Positions 43,894 through 53,374 of a stretch of 64,000 nucleotides of DNA are shown here, in pieces. Numbering within the stretch: position 1 is the first letter of the stretch; the number at the start of each line of letters is the position of its first letter. This DNA comes from a phage: the sequence record PZ172995.1; one strand, written 5' to 3'. The notes beneath the pieces are model-generated. The model did not search any database, was not told where the DNA came from, and was given only the letters and a program-made list of their open reading frames with translations. The translations under genes and the position numbers were made by a program.

Positions 43894-44409
43894 ATGTATC
43901 TGTCAAATCTGAAACGTTCTGCTGCAATGTCAGTTCTAAGACTCAGCTTCGATGAACGTCAAGAGTTCATTGACACCCACCAATATGACCCTTCTAACTC
44001 TAATCACATGATTCTCTGGAATCGTGACAGTACTCGTGAAAGAGCACTATTCCGCTATTATCCACACTACACTGTAGATAACTTGTATGAATGTTTTGTT
44101 GTGAAGAACACCATTGCAGTTCTCAATAAACTTTGCAGATACACAGGTAGTCAATCCTTCACATTAGGTCACCACAAGCCTGTTACAAAAGGTGGTGAAC
44201 ATCACTGCGCAAACTGGTTTATCCAAACTAAAGCTGATAACCAGAAGCAAGGAGATAGCCTTCTAAGCACTCCTAAGATGACCTATGAAGAGCAAGAGAA
44301 ATATATCAAAAATAATATGCCAGATGTGCTTGACAACAACTATACAGATTTGGCAATATCTCTCCTGTTGAAGTTCGAGACAGTTTATAGGGCAACTTAC
44401 AATGGCTAA
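43894..44409 (+). CDS. HNH endonuclease-like protein
   Basis: 171 aa; LGHHKPVTKGGEHHCANWFIQTKADNQKQGD resembles HNH core (HH ... N ... N/K). Confidence 0.45.
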   Translation: MYLSNLKRSAAMSVLRLSFDERQEFIDTHQYDPSNSNHMILWNRDSTRERALFRYYPHYTVDNLYECFVVKNTIAVLNKLCRYTGSQSFTLGHHKPVTKGGEHHCANWFIQTKADNQKQGDSLLSTPKMTYEEQEKYIKNNMPDVLDNNYTDLAISLLLKFETVYRATYNG

Positions 44410-44680
44410 AGAGAAGTGGGAGATTTTACCACTAGTCAGTGAGGGTGGTAACGGTTGTGAAATGTACATGATACGAGGTCATGTTCCAGAACCAATTGCA
44501 CTTGAGATGGTAAACAATTTTACAGATGGCTCCTACAAAGACTTAGGAGAACCAACTGTCAAGCAACAATGGGTTAAACCTGTACCAGACAGCACAGGTA
44601 ACTGTAGTGTACTTTATCACGTTGTAGACCCTGCAAAATGCAAATCTGCAATGGCAGTAACAAACGTAACTTTTGATTGA
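44402..44680 (+). CDS. hypothetical protein
   Basis: 92 aa, coupled to Prs-like gene. Confidence 0.4.
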   Translation: MAKEKWEILPLVSEGGNGCEMYMIRGHVPEPIALEMVNNFTDGSYKDLGEPTVKQQWVKPVPDSTGNCSVLYHVVDPAKCKSAMAVTNVTFD

Positions 44681-45573
44681 GAGAGAAAACTATGAAAACA
44701 TCTATCCGTGTTACAGTTCATTCACCAACTAAAGGGACTCATGAAGAAGAGTTTAACATCATCCAATTCCCTTCTGGTGAGATTGGTGGACACTTTTCAC
44801 CAGAGTTTGTTGATTTTACTGCCTATGCAGCATCATCTATCAACAATGTGATTATGATTGTAAAAGGCTACGACAAGGACACATTGTTTGCTGTGGCACT
44901 TGCTAAAGAGGCAATTGATGATTTGATTCCTCATGATTATGCCTTAAAGACTGTCATCTTTTACTACTTACCAAATGCACGATATGACCGTCACATGTTT
45001 AAAGGTGATGCAGCAGCTTTGAAGGTTTTTGCTAAACAGGTTAATGCAATGGGTTTTGGCGCGGTCTGTGCAGTTGACCCTCACAGTTATGTGCCAGATA
45101 ACCTGTTTAACTGCTTCCAAAGTATTCCTCAAAATGAAATTGCAGTCCACTATGCAAATGACCCACTGGTTGATTACTTAGTAGCCCCAGATGCAGGTGC
45201 TTCTAAGAAGATTGCAGAAACTGCTAAAGAGTTGGATAAACCATACATCACAATGTCTAAAGTACGTAACCTTAAGACTGGTGAAATTACTGGTATGCGA
45301 ATCCTTGATGATGTTGATTTGACCGATAAAACTGTTATGATTCTCGACGATATCTGTGATGGTGGTCGAACCTTCATAGAAGCAGCTAAACATCTTCGTG
45401 AAGCAGGTGCAAAACGTGTGGAACTCTATGTAACACATGGCATCTTCTCTAAAGGTGTTGAAAACCTTCTTGACAATGGTATTGACCACATCTACACTAC
45501 AAACTCTTTAGGGGAAGCTAAAGACCGTGGTTTAACACATTATGGTCAAGTTACTGTAGCAAACCTTGATTAA
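44677..45573 (+). CDS. ribose-phosphate pyrophosphokinase (Prs)-like protein; candidate ADPR pyrophosphokinase
   Basis: 298 aa; type I PRTase PRPP-binding loop VMILDDICDGGRT; N-terminal FPSGEIGG resembles Prs. Confidence 0.7.
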   Translation: MREKTMKTSIRVTVHSPTKGTHEEEFNIIQFPSGEIGGHFSPEFVDFTAYAASSINNVIMIVKGYDKDTLFAVALAKEAIDDLIPHDYALKTVIFYYLPNARYDRHMFKGDAAALKVFAKQVNAMGFGAVCAVDPHSYVPDNLFNCFQSIPQNEIAVHYANDPLVDYLVAPDAGASKKIAETAKELDKPYITMSKVRNLKTGEITGMRILDDVDLTDKTVMILDDICDGGRTFIEAAKHLREAGAKRVELYVTHGIFSKGVENLLDNGIDHIYTTNSLGEAKDRGLTHYGQVTVANLD

Positions 45574-45582
45574 AACTTTATA

Positions 45583-45605
45583 GGGGGCTTTTAAGCCCCA
45601 TTTTG
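45583..45605 (+). terminator. intergenic hairpin / weak terminator between Prs-like and NAMPT-like genes
   Basis: GGGGGC-TTTTAA-GCCCC followed by ATTTTG. Confidence 0.35.
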
Positions 45606-45619
45606 AGAGAGATTAAAAG

Positions 45620-47401
45620 ATGACTAAATCACTTTATGCAGTACCAGCAGGTTTAAACGCAGATGCTTACAAATCTGGTCACATTTACCAGTATCCTAGC
45701 GCAACAGAATACTTGATGTTCAACCTGACACCACGTAGTGATAAATGGTTTAACAGTCCTTTAGCAATTGACGGTGTGGTGGCTTTTGGTATTCAACGTT
45801 TTGTTAAAGACTACTTAATAGACCACTGGAACGCCACCTTCTTCGAACGTGACAAAGAAGAAGCAATTGACGAAATCTTAGAAGTCATGAACGGTGTTCT
45901 GGGTAAAGATGCTATTGGCCGTGAACATTGGGAAGCACTTCACGACTTAGGTTATCTACCAGTTGAAGTATACGCTGTAGAAGAAGGCACAGTTGTTCCT
46001 ATGCGTGTACCAATGATTGTCTTCCAGAACACTGTTTCAGGTTTCCATTGGGTAGCGGGGTATCTGGAAGATGCTTTCTCTGCTGAGATTTGGAAGGCTT
46101 GTACCATTGCAACTATTGCATTGCACTACAAACGTATCTGTAAGAAGTGGTCTGACCTTACTTGTGATAACGACTTACATTTGCCTTATCAGTGCCATGA
46201 CTTTGCTATGCGTGGTATGTCCGGCTTTACCGATGACGCATTTAACGCTGTAGGCCACTTAACCAGCTTTAAAGGAACTGATAGCTTCCCTGCTGTATAT
46301 ACAGCTAAACGCATCTATGGACAGTCCTACCCAATCTCTGATATTGGTAGCTCTGTACCAGCCACTGAGCACTCTGTAATGTGTGCAAACATTGCTTGGG
46401 AAGGTGGTAATGAGTTGATTGAAGAAGAAAGACGCTTTAAAGGTGAGTTACAGACCTTCCGTCGTTTCTTAACAGAAACTTACCCAACTGGTATTGCAAG
46501 TGTTGTTTCAGACACTTATAACTTTTGGAGAACTGTGTCAGAAATCTTACCAGCACTTCGTAAAGAGATTATGGAACGTGATGGCAAACTGGTCATTCGT
46601 CCTGACTCTGGCGACCCTGTACATATTGTCACAGGTTATAAAGCAATCCACTTAGAGTGTGCTAAAAAGGCTTATTACGAACACCTAAGCAAGCTGGAAG
46701 CCAGCGACACAATGCTGAATGCTGTTCTGAACATGAAGCTTGAAAACATCAACTATGGTATTGCTGGATGGCTACTGTCAGAAGGCTACGAAATGGTTGT
46801 TGACAGAGAAGACTTTGAAGTTGCTGATACAGTGCTGTTGAAAAATGCTTATATGGTTGGTTCTGCAAACGTTGTAACACGTCCTGTAGCAGAGATTGAT
46901 GGGGCTATTAAGACCCTGTATAACATCTTTGGAGGGACTATCAACTCTAAAGGTTTTAAGGTACTGGATGAGCACATTGGCCTTATTTATGGTGACTCTA
47001 TCACGTTGGAACGTGCAAACGAAATCCTGAAACGTTTGTATGAAATGGGTTTTGCAAGCTCTAACGTAGTGTTTGGTGTAGGTTCTTATACTTACCAGTA
47101 CATGACTCGTGACACCTTTGCATTTGCTGTCAAAGCAACTCTTGCAAGTATTGGTGGTAAAGAGATTATGCTTGCAAAAGACCCTAAAACAGATAGCGGT
47201 GTTAAGAAGTCTGCTTTTGGTGGTGTAGCACCCATGTGGGATGGTGATAAGCTGAAAGCTGTAGATGGCTATGGATTCCAGAGCTTTGCAGATGTGCTTG
47301 AACATCCAGCTTGTGCTTTACGTTTAGTCTTTAGTGACTCTGAGCAGTTCGGTTACACAACTCTTGGTGATATTCGAAATAATATTGACAAGCAACTTTA
47401 A
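45620..47401 (+). CDS. nicotinamide phosphoribosyltransferase (NAMPT/NadV)-like protein
   Basis: 593 aa; N-terminal LNADAYKSGH resembles NAMPT/NAPRTase family substrate-binding region; adjacent to Prs-like gene. Confidence 0.65.
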   Translation: MTKSLYAVPAGLNADAYKSGHIYQYPSATEYLMFNLTPRSDKWFNSPLAIDGVVAFGIQRFVKDYLIDHWNATFFERDKEEAIDEILEVMNGVLGKDAIGREHWEALHDLGYLPVEVYAVEEGTVVPMRVPMIVFQNTVSGFHWVAGYLEDAFSAEIWKACTIATIALHYKRICKKWSDLTCDNDLHLPYQCHDFAMRGMSGFTDDAFNAVGHLTSFKGTDSFPAVYTAKRIYGQSYPISDIGSSVPATEHSVMCANIAWEGGNELIEEERRFKGELQTFRRFLTETYPTGIASVVSDTYNFWRTVSEILPALRKEIMERDGKLVIRPDSGDPVHIVTGYKAIHLECAKKAYYEHLSKLEASDTMLNAVLNMKLENINYGIAGWLLSEGYEMVVDREDFEVADTVLLKNAYMVGSANVVTRPVAEIDGAIKTLYNIFGGTINSKGFKVLDEHIGLIYGDSITLERANEILKRLYEMGFASSNVVFGVGSYTYQYMTRDTFAFAVKATLASIGGKEIMLAKDPKTDSGVKKSAFGGVAPMWDGDKLKAVDGYGFQSFADVLEHPACALRLVFSDSEQFGYTTLGDIRNNIDKQL

Positions 47402-47415
47402 AAGTATATGATAAG

Positions 47416-47437
47416 AGGCTCCTACGGGAGCCTTTTT
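47416..47437 (+). terminator. rho-independent terminator
   Basis: AGGCTCC-TACG-GGAGCCT followed by TTTTT. Confidence 0.7.
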
Positions 47438-47454
47438 AATTTCTGGAGAAGATT

Positions 47455-47790
47455 ATGAAAATCAAAGAAATGAACATCAACATTGTCTTAGAAGAACGTT
47501 GGGAGAACATCAAGAAGCCTGAAAATGGTCATAAGTTCCTCAACAAAATCTTAGTGGCAGCTAAAGAAGAACTGACTGGCAAGGTTGCAGCAGCAATCAC
47601 AATAAAGGTGTGTGTAAAAGGTCTTCCAGACAATCACCAATTTGCACTTGACGAGTTTAAAGAAAGCTTCTACAATCCAAACAAACAGATGCTTGAAAGT
47701 AACTTTGCAGTATCTACAAGTATCGTTCATGACAGAAGCTTTATCCTTTACAAGAATATGAGAGGTGAGTCATGCAAGCATATTGGATAG
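47455..47790 (+). CDS. hypothetical protein
   Basis: 111 aa, RBS GGAGAAGA. Confidence 0.45.
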   Translation: MKIKEMNINIVLEERWENIKKPENGHKFLNKILVAAKEELTGKVAAAITIKVCVKGLPDNHQFALDEFKESFYNPNKQMLESNFAVSTSIVHDRSFILYKNMRGESCKHIG

Positions 47791-47948
47791 AAATTTTACT
47801 GTCACTTGGTAGTGTAGCAGTGTTCGTTTACCTTCTTTGCAAGTACTATGCAGAGCACAAAAAATGTGACTTCTGTGACGGAGAAGGTTATACAAGAGCA
47901 GGTTGTTGCCCTATGTGTGGCGGTTCTGGTAAAATGTTTAATAAGTAA
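47772..47948 (+). CDS. small membrane plus zinc-ribbon protein (58 aa), not in supplied ORF track
   Basis: ATG with RBS AGAGGTGA; hydrophobic N-terminus then CDFCDG...CCPMCGGSG. Confidence 0.4.
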   Translation: MQAYWIEILLSLGSVAVFVYLLCKYYAEHKKCDFCDGEGYTRAGCCPMCGGSGKMFNK

Positions 47949-47976
47949 TTTAACAGTAAACTAAGAGGAAAGTATT

Positions 47977-50343
47977 ATGCGCATGGTAAATGACCACGCA
48001 GAAGTGATTAAGAGTTCAACTTCTTTAGAGACGTCTCAAGCACAGATTACAATGACACCTGAAATGTTCAGCCTTTTGAGTTCTGGTGTATATACCTTTA
48101 AAGAAAGGGCAGTTATTCGTGAACTGTCATGTAACGCAGTAGATGCTCAGAAAGAAGCTGGAAAAGAGAACATCCCGTTCCATGTGCATTTACCTACTCG
48201 TTTTGAGCCTTACTTTGAAGTTCGTGATTTTGGAACTGGATTGACTCATGATAAAGTTATGAGTTTGTATCTAAATTACGGGGCTTCTACGAAGAATGAC
48301 TCTAATGACTACATTGGTGCAATGGGTATCGGCTCAAAATCCCCATTTGCAATTGCTCAGTCATTCACAGTATCTAGCTATGTTGATGGTGTTGTCAATA
48401 AGTACTCTGTTTACCTTGAGAATGGTATCCCTCAAGTAACTAAGTTGACCACTAACCCAACAAAAGAACCTAATGGTTTAGCTGTACGTGTAGCAGTTGC
48501 TGACCACCGTATTTCAAAGTTCTTTGAAGAAGCTGGTCATGTATACTCATACTTTGCTGTAAAACCAGAAAGTAATATCGAGTATGATGATGTATTAGCA
48601 GATATGAATGTCATTGCCCGTGAAGAAGGTGTTTATGATGCCATGATTCACAAACAAAGCTGGCGTTCTAGTGGTAACAGGACAGAGTTTAATGTGGTGA
48701 TGGGTAACATTGCCTATCCAGTGAACATGGAAGCATTACTTGGTGATGATTTCTTCAAAGTCTTACCAGAATTTTTCCGTAGGAGCGTAGACCTTGTAAA
48801 CATCTACATGCCTATTGGTTCAGTTGCTATTGCAGCTTCTCGTGAAGCATTGCAGATGAATGACACGACAAAAAATGTTATCATCGAGGCTACTAAAAAG
48901 ATAACTGAAGCAATTACAAAGGATGTTATCAAGAAAGTTAATAGTCAACCTACACTCATGGATGCTGCACAGGCTTATGCTGAGTTACGCTTGAACTCAC
49001 GAGAGATGTTTAATGCTGTGTGTCCAAAGCTAGAGTGGGGAGGCGTTAAGCTTGATTCTCTGGAAGAAGAATTACTAAACATTCGTCGTGGAATTATCTA
49101 CGCAGAAGATGGCTCAGTTATTTATGAACGTGATGGTAAAGGTAATATTAAGGTTGATAGGAACGGAAACAACATACCTAAAGTAGATTATCTTTATAAT
49201 CCAGTTGCTTATGTTAAGTTCAACTCTTTAGAAAGTAAGATTCGTGCAACAGCACTTTCCTACACTCAAGAGGCAAGTATGTTCAATATCTTTGGCGCAA
49301 TGCGTAAAAGTCAAATTGAGCAGTTTTTGTTTGTTATAAATGACCGTCGCAATAAAAATGGTACTGAGAAGACTGTAGGACGCAATCAGATTCTGCGTGG
49401 TGCATGTCGAGACTATGCCAGTGAGTCAAATCTGTTTCACAGATACAATGGTATTGTCTTTGTATTCTCGACTGAAAAAGAGTTAGACGACCTAATCAAT
49501 CTGCACAAACTTGATAAAAGCTTGTTAAAGATTGTGAAGATGTCTGATAAGGAACACCATTACCAGCGTAAAGAAACTGTAAGAGGTGTTGTAAAACTCT
49601 GGAAAGCTGTTCCAGCAGAAGGTGTAGCTTCATACAAAGAGGTGTCAGAAGACTTAGATACGATTGAAGAACCTCAGCTTTATATTAAGGCAGTAGGCGA
49701 CACAGTTGATGGTGAATGTTTTTGCTCATCTCCAGAAGATGTAGCTAAGTCAGTTGCCAATGTCATTGGAAAGACAGTCTATGTTTTCCGAAAAGCAAAT
49801 TGGAAAAAGATACCAGAAGACTGGATTGAAGTAGATGAGAAACTCTTGAACGACAGCTTAACTGATGTTCACTGGATTAATCATAACAGGTATATGACAC
49901 GTATCTATATGAATGGTGTCCTTGACCTTACAAGCAGTTGGATTATTGCCAGAAACTTTACGTTTAATAACAGGAAGATTTCTCGTGGCTATTGCTATTC
50001 ACGGGATACAAACAAAACTATCTTCTTAGAAGGTAATGAAGATGCTGTTGAGGCAATGTTTGGTAAAATCCAATACGTTGCTGCACCGTTTGCATACACT
50101 TACACTGTTAGTCGGTTGCAAACTTTGAAAGAATGCCTTGACAATGACACAAAGCTGTACAAGAAAATTAAGAAAGCTGGTGACCGTATGGTTATTAAGG
50201 TGACAAACTATCTTTCAAAAAGAAAACAAGAAAACTTCTTGCTTTCTCATTTAGATTGGAATAAAGTGTCACCCATCGAAGTGAGTAAGTTCTTAGGCTT
50301 TGATGTGAAGTGTGTTCCAGAAGGGACTACAATTTACGATTAA
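47977..50343 (+). CDS. rIIA: rIIA-like protein with GHKL-type ATPase domain
   Basis: 788 aa; N-box-like ELSCNAVDA, G1-like RDFGTGL, G2-like GAMGIGSKS; followed by rIIB-sized gene. Confidence 0.55.
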   Translation: MRMVNDHAEVIKSSTSLETSQAQITMTPEMFSLLSSGVYTFKERAVIRELSCNAVDAQKEAGKENIPFHVHLPTRFEPYFEVRDFGTGLTHDKVMSLYLNYGASTKNDSNDYIGAMGIGSKSPFAIAQSFTVSSYVDGVVNKYSVYLENGIPQVTKLTTNPTKEPNGLAVRVAVADHRISKFFEEAGHVYSYFAVKPESNIEYDDVLADMNVIAREEGVYDAMIHKQSWRSSGNRTEFNVVMGNIAYPVNMEALLGDDFFKVLPEFFRRSVDLVNIYMPIGSVAIAASREALQMNDTTKNVIIEATKKITEAITKDVIKKVNSQPTLMDAAQAYAELRLNSREMFNAVCPKLEWGGVKLDSLEEELLNIRRGIIYAEDGSVIYERDGKGNIKVDRNGNNIPKVDYLYNPVAYVKFNSLESKIRATALSYTQEASMFNIFGAMRKSQIEQFLFVINDRRNKNGTEKTVGRNQILRGACRDYASESNLFHRYNGIVFVFSTEKELDDLINLHKLDKSLLKIVKMSDKEHHYQRKETVRGVVKLWKAVPAEGVASYKEVSEDLDTIEEPQLYIKAVGDTVDGECFCSSPEDVAKSVANVIGKTVYVFRKANWKKIPEDWIEVDEKLLNDSLTDVHWINHNRYMTRIYMNGVLDLTSSWIIARNFTFNNRKISRGYCYSRDTNKTIFLEGNEDAVEAMFGKIQYVAAPFAYTYTVSRLQTLKECLDNDTKLYKKIKKAGDRMVIKVTNYLSKRKQENFLLSHLDWNKVSPIEVSKFLGFDVKCVPEGTTIYD

Positions 50344-50348
50344 AGTGT

Positions 50349-50378
50349 TTGACAAGGGGCTTCAAAGCCCCTTAGAAT
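50349..50378 (+). promoter_or_regulatory. sigma70-like promoter candidate (TTGACA-N18-TAGAAT) with hairpin in spacer
   Basis: Hexamers at 50349-50354 and 50373-50378; spacer is AGGGGCTTCAAAGCCCC stem-loop; 45 nt upstream of 50423. Confidence 0.45.
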
Positions 50379-50422
50379 AGCCTTACAAAATGATTTATTA
50401 ACTAACAAGAGAGAGTAATAAG

Positions 50423-51529
50423 ATGACTACTAAAACTAAAGCACAGATTGACGCAGAAATCTACAAACTGGTTAAAGAAGGCAAGCTGACTAAAACAGCT
50501 ATTGCACAGAAGTTCAATACTTCAACCCGTTCAGTTGGTCGTGCTGTAGAGCGTCATGAAGCAACCTTAAAAGGTAAGAAAAAGGTAGCTTCTAAACCAG
50601 CTACAAAGACTTTGAAGCAAGTTGCTAAATCAGTTAAAAAGAAAACTGGAAAACCAGTTGAAAAGGTTGTTAAAGAGGCTGTACAAAAGGCTCCGGTAAA
50701 TAAACTACACGAAGCTATGCAGAATGGTAACCAGATTGAGTATATGATTACTGGCGATTCTGTTATCATGACTTTCGGTGCAGATTCTGAAATCGTTGAA
50801 TCTACCCATCCGAACTACAAAGAAATCGTAATGGCTGTTGTAGGTGGTGAGTACAAGAAAGCTTTCGAACTGATGAACATTCGTAAATCTATCGAAAACT
50901 TCACTCAGGGTGCTATCACAATCAAAGGTGACAAGTTATTCTACGGTGCTGTTGAGATGCGTTCTACTCTGGTTGACCGTATTCTTCATATGATGAAGAC
51001 TGGTGATAAAGGTTTTGAACGACTTGTAATGTTCTTCGAAAAACTGATGGAAAACCCATCTAAAGGCTCTGTAGAACAACTGTGGGGATTCATATCTCAC
51101 CTTGATGTTGAAATTGATGAAGAAGGTTACATTATCGGTTGGAAAAAGGTACAAAGTAAAGCTGATGGTTCTCTGGTAGACAGCCACACTCATAAAGTAC
51201 CTAATGACTTGGGTAACCTAGTTGAGATGCCTCGTTGGATGGTTGATAGTGACCCTAACCGCACTTGCTCTCAGGGTTTACATGTTGGTGCATGGGAATA
51301 CGTATCATGTTTTGGAGGTGATACCATTCTGAAAGTTCGTGTCCATCCACGAGATGTTGTATCTGTTCCGGTTGATTACAACGATATGAAGATGCGTGTA
51401 TCAGCTTATGAATCTTTTGCGATTGTTGACAGCAACCGTAAAGTTATCAAGACTTACTCTGGCTCTGGTGGGCATCGTGTAGTGATTGGTTCTCACGGTG
51501 AGTTAATCTCCAAGACACCACGCGTTTAA
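50423..51529 (+). CDS. rIIB: rIIB-like protein candidate
   Basis: 368 aa directly downstream of rIIA-like gene; N-terminal HTH-like segment; assignment by synteny. Confidence 0.4.
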   Translation: MTTKTKAQIDAEIYKLVKEGKLTKTAIAQKFNTSTRSVGRAVERHEATLKGKKKVASKPATKTLKQVAKSVKKKTGKPVEKVVKEAVQKAPVNKLHEAMQNGNQIEYMITGDSVIMTFGADSEIVESTHPNYKEIVMAVVGGEYKKAFELMNIRKSIENFTQGAITIKGDKLFYGAVEMRSTLVDRILHMMKTGDKGFERLVMFFEKLMENPSKGSVEQLWGFISHLDVEIDEEGYIIGWKKVQSKADGSLVDSHTHKVPNDLGNLVEMPRWMVDSDPNRTCSQGLHVGAWEYVSCFGGDTILKVRVHPRDVVSVPVDYNDMKMRVSAYESFAIVDSNRKVIKTYSGSGGHRVVIGSHGELISKTPRV

Positions 51530-51540
51530 TAGTTTACAAT

Positions 51541-51564
51541 AGGCTGCTTCGGCGGCCTTTTTTA
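51541..51564 (+). terminator. rho-independent terminator (UUCG loop)
   Basis: GGCTGC-TTCG-GCGGCC (one G-U) followed by TTTTTTA. Confidence 0.65.
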
Positions 51565-51624
51565 TTTGTATTTTGTGCAGAGTGCTGTATAATTGTTGTC
51601 ACGATAAACTAAACAGGAGAACCA

Positions 51625-52173
51625 ATGAAGAAGTTGATTCTAGGTTTGTGCTTAATGTTTACAGCACACTTATCTTATGCAGTTGACTGCCCAGAGCTAT
51701 CAATTAGCCAAAAAGTAAACATGTTAAAAGCTTACCAGTATGGTGAGAATAATATGGGTAAAGGTTGGGGTATCACTCTAGCTGCTATAGCCTTACAAGA
51801 GTCAGAGTTAGGTCTGAATATGGAGAATAAAAAGACCCATGACTATGGTATCTTCCAGAATCACTTGAAGACTGTTGTAAAGCGTAACAAAATCAGTCCT
51901 AATGTGGCTAAAAAGAAACTCTTAAAAGATTTTGACTATGCTGCAAAGGAAACACACAAAGAGCTTGAGTTTTGGACGAAGGTACATGGTCAACCAAAGT
52001 CAAAGAAGACTTTACAAAAAGTTTTAGCGTCATATAATGCTGGGTATTCGTACAAAATCCCTAAAGCTAAGAAATACTCTCAAGATGTCTACAACAATAT
52101 GAAAGTTATTGCTCAATGTGAATTTGCAACAAACATTTCTAAGGTAAACCATGAAAAAATTAAGAAAGTCTGA
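51625..52173 (+). CDS. secreted lytic transglycosylase (SLT domain) candidate, possible endolysin
   Basis: 182 aa; N-terminal signal-like MKKLILGLCLMFTAHLSYA; ALQESELG, YGIFQN and ASYNAGYS resemble SLT motifs (ES, GLMQ, AYNAG). Confidence 0.5.
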   Translation: MKKLILGLCLMFTAHLSYAVDCPELSISQKVNMLKAYQYGENNMGKGWGITLAAIALQESELGLNMENKKTHDYGIFQNHLKTVVKRNKISPNVAKKKLLKDFDYAAKETHKELEFWTKVHGQPKSKKTLQKVLASYNAGYSYKIPKAKKYSQDVYNNMKVIAQCEFATNISKVNHEKIKKV

Positions 52174-52846
52174 TGAAGTACTGTGTCATGCTTATGACTT
52201 ACATCCTCATGAGTTAGGTCTTGATTCCTGTGTATGGACCCCAGAACAGTGCAGAGATTTTGAAGATACTGCAAGAGAGGTTGTATGTTCACTTGAAGAG
52301 TTCCACACATCAGAATCAATTGTGAATGTTGTGGACAAAGAGACTGGACAATCTATAGGTGTAAGACGTGACAGTTTAGTCATAGTCAATAAAGACCTTG
52401 TAGAAAAAGGTAACCTCATCTTAGCAGACATTGATGGTGTTCTTACAAATTTTAATCACGAAGATTGCTCAACAGAATTGATTGATGGGTCATTTTCACA
52501 GTACACTAATTTGCTTGACTCTGTAAGTGCAAAGCCAACGTATGTTTTCAATATTATTGATGCAATCTCTAATCATGCTGCCATTGGACTCTTGACAGCG
52601 AGGGGTGAATCTCAGAGAATACCTACTGAGATGTTTTTAAGGCATTACATAGAGCATGATTACATGCTTTTCATGCGTGGTTTTGGAACTAACTCTATAA
52701 GTGCAGAAAGTTTAAAAGTGAGGATGATTCAGTCTTGCATTCTTCCTTACTTTAATATAGTATGCTTTATAGAAGATACAGAGAAGAATGTTCAGAAGGT
52801 AAACAGAATCCTTCCACACATTAAAACCATGTTAGTTAAACATTGA
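52151..52846 (+). CDS. HAD-superfamily phosphatase candidate
   Basis: 231 aa; ILADIDGVLTNF matches HAD motif I (DxDGxL); later GLLTARGE motif II-like. Confidence 0.45.
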   Translation: MKKLRKSDEVLCHAYDLHPHELGLDSCVWTPEQCRDFEDTAREVVCSLEEFHTSESIVNVVDKETGQSIGVRRDSLVIVNKDLVEKGNLILADIDGVLTNFNHEDCSTELIDGSFSQYTNLLDSVSAKPTYVFNIIDAISNHAAIGLLTARGESQRIPTEMFLRHYIEHDYMLFMRGFGTNSISAESLKVRMIQSCILPYFNIVCFIEDTEKNVQKVNRILPHIKTMLVKH

Positions 52847-53322
52847 GAGAAAAACTTATGAACAATATCATTACGGTAGCACTGGACGATACGACAAACA
52901 AATCTGTAGTAGTTCGTAAATTGATTCAAGGTAACTTTGAAGGTAAAATTTTTCGTGCTGTCAATGTAAAAGCTGATGGCAGCATTCGTGAATATCGTGC
53001 ATTGTTGAATGTTAAAAAGCACGTAAAAGGCGCTGGTTCAACGACTGCACACAAAGAAAACCTGATGACTATTTATGATATGGGTAAGGCTTCAGAGTTA
53101 GGTGCTGAAGGTATCGTTAAAGAAGGTGCTCCGTATCGCTCTTTCAATCTGGAAACTACTCTTATGCTTTCCTTTACAAGTGGTTCTAAAACAATCACTT
53201 ACCTCTTTACTGATGCTGCAACGGTATCTGCTATTAAGGATGGCACTGTCAAAGCTGGCGTAGTTGCTGCTGCAAAAGCTTCTTCGATGGCTGCGAATAT
53301 CCTTGCTAAAGTCCTCAGTTAA
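52843..53322 (+). CDS. hypothetical protein
   Basis: 159 aa; no motif recognised; followed by terminator. Confidence 0.45.
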   Translation: MREKLMNNIITVALDDTTNKSVVVRKLIQGNFEGKIFRAVNVKADGSIREYRALLNVKKHVKGAGSTTAHKENLMTIYDMGKASELGAEGIVKEGAPYRSFNLETTLMLSFTSGSKTITYLFTDAATVSAIKDGTVKAGVVAAAKASSMAANILAKVLS

Positions 53323-53333
53323 GGTTAAGATAC

Positions 53334-53356
53334 AGGCTCCTTCGGGAGCCTTTTTC
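53334..53356 (+). terminator. rho-independent terminator (UUCG tetraloop)
   Basis: AGGCTCC-TTCG-GGAGCCT followed by TTTTC. Confidence 0.7.
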
Positions 53357-53374
53357 ATTTCAGGAGATTGTTAA

